NCBI RefSeq assembly: GCF_018977255.1
Contig: NW_024704742.1
Span: 74,898,001-74,962,000, forward strand
DNA length: 64,000 nucleotides
Direction: 5' to 3'
DNA from: Callorhinchus milii
Lineage: Eukaryota
In this document: positions 13,051-24,545 of the stretch, piece after piece
Layout: every line of letters starts with the position of its first letter
Position numbering within the stretch: position 1 is the first letter of the stretch
The notes under the pieces: model-generated
Seen by the model: only the letters and a program-made list of their open reading frames with translations
Databases searched by the model: none
What the model was told of the DNA's origin: nothing
Made by a program: the position numbers and the translations under genes

Positions 13051-15109
13051 AGGAGAATCATAGAATCCTACAGCACAGAAGGAGGCCATTTGGCCCATCG
13101 TGTCTGTGCCAACTCTTTGAAAAGAGCTATCCAATTCAATCCCACTCTCCCGCGCTCTCCTCATAGCCCTGCAAACTTGTCCGCCCCAAATAATTATATA
13201 CTTCTCCCTTAAAAGTTAACTGAAAAGTTGTTATCGAATCGGCTGCCATCACCCATTCAGGCAGAGAAGGGCAGAGTGTCGGACTGCCTTGCTATAAAAT
13301 TTAAGATGGACTATAATTGTGAATAATTCCTAAAATCAGTCTTAATTGATTATTTTTAAGCACTGTGGAAAACTTATTTCCAAATTAAGTTTCTGTATGA
13401 TATTACATTTTAAGACAAAATGGTCCAATTGGCTAAGACTTGTTGAAATTTTGAGCCTCTGGAGAGCAAAGAGAAATGAAATTGCATACATTTTGCTTAT
13501 AGAGAGCAAATGTTTAGAAATTAGTTCACTTAACTTACACTATACGTAAGCTGAGTCCACATCATTATACGTTTTGTAGCTACCCCCACCCCCAACCAGA
13601 ATCTATAATTTGTACTGAGTCTGATGCTGTTTCTCAATTATCAGCCCCTAAAACAGATGATCTGAAAAAATCCCAAACTGTAACTGGAGGATTGAAGGGT
13701 TAAATTCTAATTAATCTTAGTCTATAAAGTACTACAAATAGACACTTGTCACAAAATCAGGGCCATGTTTTACACTAGAAATCAGAGCTTCAGAGCATCA
13801 CCATCTCACCACCAACTTCATTGCCATCTTCTGCTCCTCTATGACCTGGTATAAACTGACTTGTTATGTTGTATTCCTGCTGGTTAGTTTTAATTAGACA
13901 TTTGAATGGATGCTGATTGATTCTGCAGACAATCGGGGGATTGGTGTTCTTGTGCTCTGCTTCCTGCCAAGAGTGGGGGAAAGTCTAATTGATGATCGTT
14001 TGATTCTGATCCTAATTAAATTGCTTACATTTCTAGATTGACACTGTCTGGCTGATTGCTCTGAGGGGTTAGATGAGTTATTATTTTATTCATATAGCCG
14101 TTGTACTTTTTAATCCGTCAACAAGCACATGCATATTGATCTGCCGTGACTTTGACTTCTGTATTTCACAAAAAAAAATTAAAATTTGGTCACTCATTCC
14201 ACAAATTATATTTTTATGTGTGGAATCTTTAATGTCCACCTGATCATGCAGGTAACCTGGAATTCTTTATGACCTCATCTAAAATATTGTAAAACAAAGA
14301 TTGAGGAACAAAGTTTTAAGTAAGTCATCTGCATTGGTACATTAGGTCTTAGAGAGGGTGGCATTGGTGCCTGTTGAAGACATCGGGGAATGAAGGCACC
14401 AGTTTCCAGCATCAAAATCAGAGCATCTAACACTCTGTAGCTTCTATTTTAAGGCTATGAGGATTTCAACCCCCACTCTTCTGATCCAGAAGCAAGTGTG
14501 CTACCAACTGAGCCAAACAATCCGTTAGTTCCTGCAATTATGGTACTCAGGCTATTTGCCTTTCCTAGGGTTTCCTTTCCTGATTTGGCACGTGATCAAA
14601 TCTCAGAATCTTACAGGACAGAAATAGGCCCCTTGGTCTGTCAATTTTAAACTGGTGTTTTTCTCCACATGAACTATCCAATCTAATCCTGCTCGCTTAC
14701 TCACTCTCCATGCCCTTTCATTTTTTTCAAGCAACTATTAATTCCCTTTTAGAACAATAATAGGTGAACTTTGAGTCAACAACAGTTCACATTCCAACTA
14801 CCCTTGGTAGAAAGAATGTTTTTCTAACCTTGCCTTTAATTCTTTTTAAACTTTAAGTTTTGCCCTCTCATTACCAACTAGCAAAAGTAATTTATTACTA
14901 TTTTCCCTATAATAACCCTTCATTATCCTTTAAGAACTCTACCAAGTCTGTTCCAGTTCACAAAGCCTCTACAAATTCTTGCAGTTTGGTTTAACCATCA
15001 TTTCACCTTTCATCCGGACTCTGGCCAAATCTACTTTTCTTCACCTTTGCAACATTGCCCAATTCTATCACTTATCCCCAATGCAACTGAAACACTCATC
15101 ACCCATCCA

Positions 15110-17030
15110 ATAACAACTTGCACTTATATAGCACCCTCCAGTGTAGGGTCTCAGGGCGCTTAACAGTGGCGGAACCTGACTCCAAGCCGGGGGGGTGGTG
15201 GTGCGGGAGGTGGCCATAAGCTCAGTCGAAGAGGAAGGTTTTCAGGCGGGACTTGAAAAAGACAGAGGGATTGAGGGAGAGTGTTCCAGAGTTTCAGGGC
15301 ATAGTGGCTGAAAGGGCGACCTCCAATGGTGTGGCAGAGGGTGCGAGGGGCAAGCAGGAGGTTAGTGCCAGTTGAGCGGAGGCGCCGGGTGGTGGATAGG
15401 GGAGTGAGGAGGTCAGAGAGGTAGGGAGGTGCCAGAGAGTGAAGGGATTTGAACAAATGTGAGGATCTTGAAGTCGATCTGTTGGGTGATAAGGAGCCAA
15501 TGGAGCCTGGCCAGAACTGGTGAGATGTGGGTACGGAGTTTGGTTCGGGTCAGTAGGCAGGTGGCAGAATTCTGAATGAGCTGGAATTTTTGAATGGTGG
15601 AGCTGGGGAGACCGGCGAGGAGTGAGTTGGAGTAATCCAGGCGGGAGGTGACAAACCATTGGGGGTAAGGTACGGTCGGAGGCGGGCAATGTGGTGGAGG
15701 TGGAAGAAAGCGGTCCTGGTCAGGGACCAGATGTGGGGGAGGAAGGATAGTTTGGGGTCAACCGGATGCCGAGGTTGTACACTGGTTCGGTTATTCTGAG
15801 GGAGAGCCCAGGGATGTTGAGGAGTTGGGTAATGGGGAGACAGTGGAGTGAAGACGTTGACGGGAGCCAAGCAGTATGGCTTTCGTCTTTTCCATGTTCA
15901 GCTGCAGGAAATTTACACTCATCCAGGCCCTGATGTATGCCAGACAAGCTGATAGAACATCAGTGGACCTGGAGTTGGTACTGTAGGAGGTAAAGTAGAT
16001 TTGTGTGTCATCCACAAACATGTGTAAGGTTACCCCATATCTGGGGATGACATCACCCAGAGGGAGCATATAGATCATGAAAAGAAGGGGGCCAAGGATG
16101 GAGCCCTGGGGTACCCCGCAGGTGACCAGCCGGGGGCGTGAGGAGAAACCATTTGCCGAGATGAAATGGAGGCAGTTGGTTAAGTAGGACTTGAACCATG
16201 TGTGTGCAGTCCCACTAAGGTAGATGAGGGAGGAGAGGCGATGGAGGAAGATGATGTGGTAGACTGTTTCAAACGTGGCAGAGAGATCCAGGAGGATGAG
16301 AAGGCAGAGGGAGCCCTGGTCACAGATAGAGAGAATGTCATTTGTGACTTAGACAAGTGTGGTCTCTGTGTTGCAGGCAGAGCGAAAACCAGACTACAGG
16401 GGCTCGAAAAGAGAGTGGAGGGAGAGGTGTGACTGAAGTTGACCTGCAACAATGTGTTCCAGGATTTTGGAAGGACTTCAAGGAAGGGTAAATTGGAGTT
16501 GGGAGAGGGGGAGGGATAAACTAGAGGATATTGAGGGAGAGAAAGGAGGGATGGTAGAGGGTGAGGTGCTCAAAGAAGGAGAAACAACCAGAGGAATAGG
16601 GGGATAGACAAAGGGAAGCTTGGGAGCTGAGGGCCACCCCGCCGCCATGTTGGTTGGGGCGGGGGTTATGGTGAAGAGTGTAGCCAGGAGGGGAGGCTTC
16701 AATGAGGGGGACGGGGTCACTGGGGGAGAGCCAGGTTTCTGTAAGCCTAAGAATATAAATGTGCACATCCAGGATGAGGGCATGGATAGCAAGGGCTTTA
16801 TTGGAGAGGGAGTGGACATTTTGGAGGGAAATGCGGATAGATTTGCTGGTAGGGGGGAGGTGTTGAGGAGAGTGGTAGAGAGAGGATTTGGGATCGTGGG
16901 GGGGAAGCGACCATGGAGTTTGAGGAGCAGGCAATGTTGGGCAGGGTATGGATGAGGGAGGGGGAAGGGGTGTTTACCTTTTGGAGGCGGTTGCTGCGGA
17001 AAGAGTGAGGCAGAGAAATAAAAGGCAGAG
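15110..17030 (-). mobile_element. L2 LINE relic with internal deletions (endonuclease start, RT, 3' tail)
   Basis: ISLQNVHSLSNKA..LTETWL..GGGVAL; GVPQGSILGPLLFMIYMLPLG..DDTQIY..FLQLNMEKT; LHWLL..IDFKIL; tail ..tatataagtgcaagttgtt. Confidence 0.92.
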
Positions 17031-17442
17031 GAACAGAGGAACTGATGGGGAACAATCAATCAGATTTAGATCTTTCAGAAATTGCCAGAAGCTCACAGGT
17101 GCATGCAGTTTAATGTGAATTAACATAAAATAATTGGTGTGGAAACAAAGAAGCAACTTGAATTATTATAGTGCCTTATCACATAAAATTTCTCAAAACA
17201 CTTCACAGGTAATTACTGTTGAACATAGTGACTATTCCTCTATTAGGGCGAATAAGAGAAACCTACTATTCTCCAAGCCGGGGGAAAAGAAGAGGTAAAT
17301 CTGTTTAAAATTTTAAATGCCTCTATAAAATTTCTAGCTTATCTAATCATATTTTTTCTGGGGATCATTCTCATTGTTGTGCTCATTGCTCTACCTCTAA
17401 GGCAGACCCCTTCTGTTGCAGTGACCAGAACTGCATGCATTA

Positions 17443-17880
17443 CAACAGCAACAAGATTCCATTTATAGAGCGCCTTTCATGTCGGGAGGACATCCCAAGG
17501 CGCTGGACAGTTGGGTCAGGACCCGAGCAGGGGGGAAATGGTCAGGATGAGGGGAGGGAAGGGAGGGAGCGAGGAGGGGTAGAGAGTTGAGAGGGGAGCT
17601 GAAGGCTCGGTCAAAGAGAAAGGTCTTGAGACCGGCCTTGAAGGAGGAAAGGGAAGAGGCGGCGAAGGCACTGGGGGATGGAGTTCCAGAGCCTCGGGGC
17701 TGAGAGGCTGAAGGCCCGGCCACCGATGGTAGGGCGGTTGGGGCGGGGGATGTGGAGCAGACCGGAGCCAGAGGAACGGAGGGTACGGGCGGGTAGGTAG
17801 GGGGATAATAGGTCAGAGAGGTAGGAGGGAGCAAGGCTGTGAATGGCCTTGTAGGTGAGGATGAGGATCTTGAATTCGAT
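17443..17880 (-). mobile_element. Young L2 LINE 3' fragment
   Basis: Near-identical reverse complement of about 59145-59590. Confidence 0.92.
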
Positions 17881-18491
17881 TAGTCTAGGTGCAGCCTTAC
17901 CAGAGCACTATATAGCTCACGAGTACAACATCTTAGCCCAGCTGATTTGGTAATGTAGCCTAGCATCCTGTTTGCCTTATTTTTGGTGTTTCAACAGCTT
18001 TGACAGAAGTGGTTAGATTATAAAGCAGAGTCCATAAAGGGAATCAGAGAGATGGAGAAAAAGGAGAAATATTAAAAGGTATATGGGGAGCGACCAGTAC
18101 AGTGGAATTAGATTTGGTGGCTCTTGTGGAGAATGTGGACTTGATGGGCTGAATTGATTGTAATGTTATAGGAATCTGTGAAATGATCCGGTTGCTCAAC
18201 AGAAAAGAACAGTGGGGTGGCATGAATTTTTTCCTGCACTTAGACATTATAAATTTAGTAGTCGAAAATTTATGATTGCAAAGTATGTTTTTGGTAATAC
18301 TCTTGAACTGTTTAATGCTCAGTAAATTATTTCCATGTTTTCGATACGAATCAATTTAAAGCAAATTTCACAATGAAAAACATACAATAAAGCTTTGCAT
18401 AAATCTCCATGGAGCAATTTGTATAGTGACATGCTATGTGCAAAATCCCATAAGCCTAAATTCAAAATATTCCATTTACATTGTACATGAA

Positions 18492-18790
18492 AGGAGTCCT
18501 GTAGCTCAGTGGTTAGAGCTCTTGTCTCAAAAGCGAGAGACCTGGGTTTGATTCCCGGCAAAGCGAATTTGGGCAAATTTTCTTATTACACACGCCTGAT
18601 GACAATCCCTCAAGAAAAAAAACCAGTAAGTCTCTCAATCCACGACTGTTTGTTGGAGACTGCTGTGCAAATGGCTGTCGCGTTTCGCCCGCAAAATATA
18701 CAGTCAATTCACTTTATAATATATTCTGTGAAGCACTTTGAGATGTCTAGAAGTCGTAAAAAGTGCTATATCAAATGCAAGGATTATTAG
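18492..18790 (+). mobile_element. SINE, more diverged copy
   Basis: Same head and tail. Confidence 0.9.
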
Positions 18791-18865
18791 TAGTCGTAGT
18801 AGTATTATAAAAGCGGATTTGCTGCAAGATCCACTCGATTAGAAAAAATAGTTTCTTGGAACACT

Positions 18866-18882
18866 GTGGCCCCCTGCTGGTG
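18866..18882 (-). promoter_or_regulatory. Candidate CTCF site
   Basis: CACCAGCAGGGGGCCAC matches the core CCASYAGRKGGC. Confidence 0.45.
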
Positions 18883-19089
18883 AGAACCCAATACTCTACG
18901 CTGCAACATCAAAATTCTTACAATTTCCAGAGATCGATTGTTTTAAGGCCATCAAATTCTGGACTGTCTGGAGATGTTTTTTCAAGAAAATTTTCTTCGA
19001 AAAATAGACATCAAGGAAGATGTTTGCTATCTCAATAAATAAAAATGGCAAGGCTTTTCAAATCTCTTTCCAACTATGGTTACTGTAAA

Positions 19090-19580
19090 TGACGGTGCTG
19101 GACCAGGAGAAGTTGTTGGCAAATATGAAGTGGAGATGTTGGGATAGGAAAGAATGAAGGCTGCCAAGGACAGAACTATCAAAGTGGAGCTGAGAGGAAA
19201 GGCAGTGGAAAAGAATAGAGTGATTGACAGTGTATAAGGAAGCAGAGAGGTAAAGAAAGGCAAGGAGGCAGATCTAGTCCTGGTCACAAATGGAGAGAAT
19301 ATAATTTGTGACTTTGACCGGGGAAGTCTTAGTACTCTGGGCAGTGTGGAAGCCAGACCGGAAGGGTTCATGCAGGGAGCGCATAGAAAGGAAAGAGCAA
19401 AGCTGGGATGCAACAACCCATTCCAGTACCCATTCCAGAGGGAAGGAAGGTTGGAGATGGGATGACAGTTAAGGAACAGGGATGGGTGATGGGAAGTTTA
19501 TTGATGATGGGGTGATGACAGGTGTTTTGAAGGGGATGGGAAGTGTGCTGGTGGACAAAGAAAGTCCGGGAGCAAGAGGT
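19090..19580 (-). mobile_element. Old L2 RT relic
   Basis: Degenerate SGFHTA.ST.T..VKVTNYIL and LLYLSA segments. Confidence 0.7.
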
Positions 19581-19714
19581 CAAGGATTAAAAGGATTATT
19601 ATTACTATCCAGCCTTACACTGCTGGGTGCAAATGCCTGCCACATTTCGCCCACAAATATACAGTTAATTCACTTTACAGTATATTCTATGAAGCGCTTT
19701 AAGACATCTAGAAG

Positions 19715-20033
19715 ATAATAATAATAATCCTTGCATTTGATATAGCGCTTTTCACATCGGGAGGACGTCCCAAAGCGCTTCACAGAAGACACTGTAAAGT
19801 GAATTGACTGCATATTTGTGGGCGAACGCGGCAGCCAATTGCGCACAGCAATGTCCCACAAGCAGTCGTAGATTGAAAATGACCAATTTATTATTGTTTT
19901 TGGTTTTGGAGGGATTATTATTAGGCTCTGTGTGGAGTAAGGAAACTTGCCCAAGGTTTCGCCCTCTGCCTGGAATTGAACTCCGGTCTCTCACTTGCAA
20001 AGCGAGTGCTCTAACCTCTGAGCTACAGGACTC
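19715..20033 (-). mobile_element. Full-length young SINE, same family
   Basis: Near-identical reverse complement of 7100-7420. Confidence 0.95.
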
Positions 20034-20464
20034 CACGACTCAATTGCAAGATGTAATTGTACTTTTGTTTTACAGACCCCCCACACCATTCTTCTCATGG
20101 TATTTGAAGATGTTCTTCAAATTTTCCAGGTCTTCAATCTGGGCATCAAATTCTTGCAGAAAAGTAGATATGAACATTTCTGAGGTCACACTCTGTAGAG
20201 TCTCCTGAAGAAGTGGAATCTTCACTGACAGTACTGCAAGCAGCACTTTAGTGATTAGGGTCCATTGGGAGGGTCGGTGAAGGATATTTGTGTTTGTTAG
20301 CCTGAATGTTTTTAATATGTGAAAAGCCATATATCAAATGCAAGGATTATTATTATAAACAGATCACTTTGATCAGTAATAATTCACCAGTAATGAATGC
20401 GACATTCTGATCAGTCTAGTTCAGTCTTTAATTAACATTAAAATCATGAGGAGAGATGGTGTAC

Positions 20465-20609
20465 CTGGTTTGATCCAGCCAGTGCGAGGGTGAAAGAGGT
20501 CAGCAGGGAAGCCAGTGCCTTTGGAATCAGTGCCGAAATAAACAGGAGAAGGTGTTGTGTTGCACTGGTGTTTTCCGGGAAGGGTATGTTCTTTATTTTA
20601 TTGACAAAC
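20465..20609 (-). CDS. CYP16A1: CYP16-like coding exon 7 (I-helix)
   Basis: tttaaacag|...CAG|GTACAC, 145 nt, phase 2 to 0; FVNKIKNIPFPENTSATQHLLLFISALIPKALASLLTSFTLALAGSNQ. Confidence 0.9.
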
Positions 20610-22019
20610 CTGTTTAAATTGAAACAAGTTTGTACACATTTGCCAATTAGCTTTAATTTTAATCTTGTTAAAAACAATTCTAAAACTTATGCTTCAGTTC
20701 ATACTGCACCTTTGAGGTGCATGTGGGGCAGACAATAAGAATTATTGTTGACCTCAGGAGCAGTGCTGTAGACAGCTCCTACACTACAAAATACATTGGG
20801 CCCACTCCCCTTTGTTCATCAAATGGTCTTGGGACTGGAGGGAACTTTCAATGACTATTTAATGTTATTCAAGAAGTAGATTCTGATTTAGTGTTCTACC
20901 ACATTCACACACTGAAATCAGACACTTCTCTTTTACTGGTCTCAATTTGATGTGATTTCAAGTGGGCAAATATAAATTGGGCTTCCTGCTCCACATTGCT
21001 TTATTGGTGGAACTTTTGTTGCCATAAGAGAATCAAAGGCCCTTAAAAAGATATAAAAGGTCAATTAAATATAACAAATACATCCCCCACTTCCTTTAAT
21101 CAACAGCTATTACTGAGGAGTCTGCTGAACAGATTAGTGTAAACTGATGAAAGATATGTTAATGACAGTGATTGTGCTAACTGATAAGTACACAATGAAT
21201 ACTCAGTACATTAAATGGTCGGAGCAAAACTGAAACAGGGCGAGGGTTGTATTGGTTTGAGAGCAAACTCATATTCTGCCCTTGTTCATAAAGGAACACC
21301 GGATGGGTGAAAAAGATGTCACGTACAAAGTTCAGACTACCATTACTGCAACATTGCTAAATTAATATGTTGAACCACATTATGGATCTTAAGGATCCAA
21401 ATGTAGTACTATCCCATCACAGGATTACATTGCAAGATACAGAATCACATCTGTGTGCACTGCTACAGTTTCCATGTTATAGGCTTTTCTCTTAACATGA
21501 AAGTACATATTTGGGATCTGATTTTTTGGTTAACCTCTTCACGTTTACTTCAAAGTCTCAATCTCTGAACTGTAAAACAGAATAATGTGTTATACTGAGA
21601 AATTAAGGTTGATTGGCACAGTTAACGAGAACAGAAAAGGAACAGTTTGAAAGGTACAAAATGTTCTCTTAGTCTCCAAGTACAATTATGTAGCTTGGCT
21701 AAGATGGTAACACTCTCGCCTCTGGATCACTGGTGCTTTGGATGGTTACAAATCCTACATCAGGCTTGAGCTCACGGTCAAGGGTCAAACTCTTGTGCAG
21801 TGCCAGGCAAGTGTACATTTGGAGGTTCTGTTTTTGAATGAGACTTAAACCAAGGTCTCATCTGCCTGTTCATCAGTTAGACATTCAAAACAGAAAGCCA
21901 TGTAAATACATGGCCAAATCTTGGACTTCAAAATAGAAGGGAATTTCTCCCGGTGTCTGACCACCTATCCCCTAGATAAGTTGGTCATTCATCTTAAGGC
22001 TATTTATGGGACTTTGACC

Positions 22020-22930
22020 CTTATTTATGGGAAAGGCAGCAGATCTGGACAGCATTAATGCTGAGTTCTTAAAAGCTGCTGGGGGAGGGGAGTAGAACAG
22101 TAAGGATCTTATAGATCAAAGTGAGAAACCCCCAACTCGCCTTGGAGCTGCCATCCTAGCACTGGTCAACAGGACTCTCTCTGAGGGACGCACCCCGACA
22201 GTGTTCCAGAGTGCAATTCTGGTTTCTATCTAGAAGAAGGGTGACTATAGCGAGACCAATAACTATAGAGGGATATCACTAATCTCAGTGGCTCGTAAAC
22301 TGGTGCTTCGGGTGGTCACTGCATGTGAATCATACCCACTGGACCCTTGTGGCTTAATCAGGAAGGAACATGAACGTTCTGTTCTTGTGAGAAATGTGCA
22401 GGACAGGTTGTGGCTCTGTATGAGACTGCAGAACGTTGCAAGGTTAAAGAGAAACCCACCTAGGTTATGTTGACAGAATTGTACAAGGCTTTCAATCTAG
22501 TATTTCATGAAGCCCTCATGATGAAACTGAAAGTCATGTAAATACATGGCCAATTCTTGGATTTTATTGGAATGTGTATTCCAGCTCCCAGATCTGTGTA
22601 AAGATTGATGGTGGACTTACTGAGCCCATCACTATTGAAAGAGCCCATTGTCACCCACCCTATTTGATGTATTCATTAACAACAACAGCTTGCACTTATA
22701 TAGCCCCCTCCATGCAGGGTAGCGTCTCAGAGCAATGTTGGATGGCATTGAGGGTGATGGACTTGCTGTATCTGTCTCAGGCCTCTCTGATAGGATTGCG
22801 GCGCTCACGTTTGTGGACAATGTTGTGCTGCTGGTGGTCTCACCTGGGGACCTTATGTGCTGCACTAATCATCTTGAACACTGAGCAACCCAATGGGTCA
22901 TGGTGGTGGGTGACCCCAATTGGATTTGGA
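22020..22930 (+). mobile_element. Degenerate non-LTR retrotransposon RT (not L2/CR1)
   Basis: AEFLKAA..PPTRLGAAILALVNRTLSEG..KKGDYSETNNYRGISLISVARKL..QVVALYE..KAF..HEAL..KL..PLSPTLFDVFIN, broken by stops and frameshifts. Confidence 0.8.
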
Positions 22931-23314
22931 GAACTTCAGAGTGGCTGGCATGTTACAAGCTGTGCTGTGAAAATCAAATCCTCCCACCATTTTATCCTCA
23001 GCTGTATTGCACCAGTAAGCTGACAGGGAGTTCCTGGGACCTGCCACCCACCTAGTGAGGGCTCAAAAAAATGCTGGTCGTATTTCAAATGGCCGACTTG
23101 TGACTATCCTCGGCAGGTGGGGTGGGTGTTAAGCAGTGTCTCCGCAGAGCTGAAATGGCTCACGGAGTGAGGACCTGCTTTATGGCAACTGAGGAGCACC
23201 TAGAAATATGTTGGTGTTCATGCTGTCTCACCAGGGAGATTGAAGTAATGTCTTTCTGACAATAAAGAAAAATTAGAAACATGGGACATTATTATTGTTT
23301 TGTATAATGCTTAC

Positions 23315-23438
23315 CCATCTTCATCACTCTTAAGGCGTTCATTGATGATTTTTAATAGCTTTTCTTTAGCCTCTAGAGCCAGCGAAAATCCTGAAGTCCA
23401 CACAGGCACTTTCAGGTTGACAGGTGCAGAGATTAACC
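23315..23438 (-). CDS. CYP16A1: CYP16-like coding exon 6
   Basis: tttgattaacag|...|GTAAGC, 124 nt, phase 1 to 2; LISAPVNLKVPVWTSGFSLALEAKEKLLKIINERLKSDEDG (F/G helices). Confidence 0.9.
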
Positions 23439-24405
23439 CTGTTAATCAAAAAATAATATTAAGTGAACCAACCTGTTTGACACCAACTATTCAGGGTGAA
23501 TCAAAAGTCCTTCCACATAGGTCTATGTAAGATGTTCAAATTGCTGCCATGTAGATAAACGTTTACACATATAAACTGGGTGACAACAACTTTCACGAAT
23601 GAAATGAAATACACCTGTAATAGCTGCACACTCTCTACCAATGTTGTCTTAAAAACAAGTTTGTCTTACAGTGTTATGAAGAGGGACATCTGATTGTATA
23701 TTGAGAATAGTACAGAGAATCTGGAGGACTAGAACTGAAGGGTTTCTTTACCTTGATTTCTGCTTGTGATGGATTCGTTCTCAAATCTATGGAATTGAAT
23801 TATAATGTAAACTGGGAGGTGACTTTTAAATGTAATTTTAAAGTGAAGGCTATCCCAAAAATCTGATCAATCTTAGCCTGTAAGAACATTTTAATTAGAC
23901 AAAATTCTAAACTTTGTTTTTAATTTGGAAGGCATTTTTCTGCTATTTTTAGGAAGTACCAACTTAAAAATTAAGATGAAATTGAGAATTTTCCACAATT
24001 CTGTGGAATTGTGAAAATTAAGACAACATGGACTTGTCAGCTGAGATTTGGTGGAATCTTGATTGACTGTATTTTCTCACTTATTTTGTGCATGGTGGTT
24101 ATTAAATGTACCCTTCATATACTAGATCCATGGGAAAAAATTTACATGCATCTGTTTTTATTCTCTGTTACGTGGGTGTATAGTACTGACAAATATATTT
24201 TCAATTCTGTTGATTAACACAATACCCAACTTATGGTAATGAATTCCAACCCCTAAACAACCCTATAAGTGAAGAAATTCCTTGTAACCTTTCCCCTAAT
24301 TTTTCTGCTGAGTCAGTGCTCTTTGGCACTAATTCTACAATTAAAGGGCAAGGAGAGGAGGAGATTTGGGAACAATGTCACATCACACCCAACTTGAATG
24401 CTTAC

Positions 24406-24545
24406 CATGCCAATGTTGTGTTGTAAGCTGAATAATCTGTTTGGTGAGTGCTGCAGATTCCTCTGCGTCAACATTAAGAAAAAGTCCCAAGGACAGTTCT
24501 GTAGCCAAACGTTTGAACAGACGGTATATGGCAACAGGTTCACTA
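24406..24545 (-). CDS. CYP16A1: CYP16-like coding exon 5
   Basis: ttttctacag|...|GTAAGC, 140 nt, phase 2 to 1; SEPVAIYRLFKRLATELSLGLFLNVDAEESAALTKQIIQLTTQHWHG. Confidence 0.9.

Noticed and set aside
16478..17059. 193-aa Pro/Ser-rich ORF
   Set aside because: Alternative frame of the L2 endonuclease region.
23987..24019. Short AT-rich hairpin aattttccacaattc-tgtg-gaattgtgaaaatt
   Set aside because: Short, AT-rich and isolated; no evidence of function.
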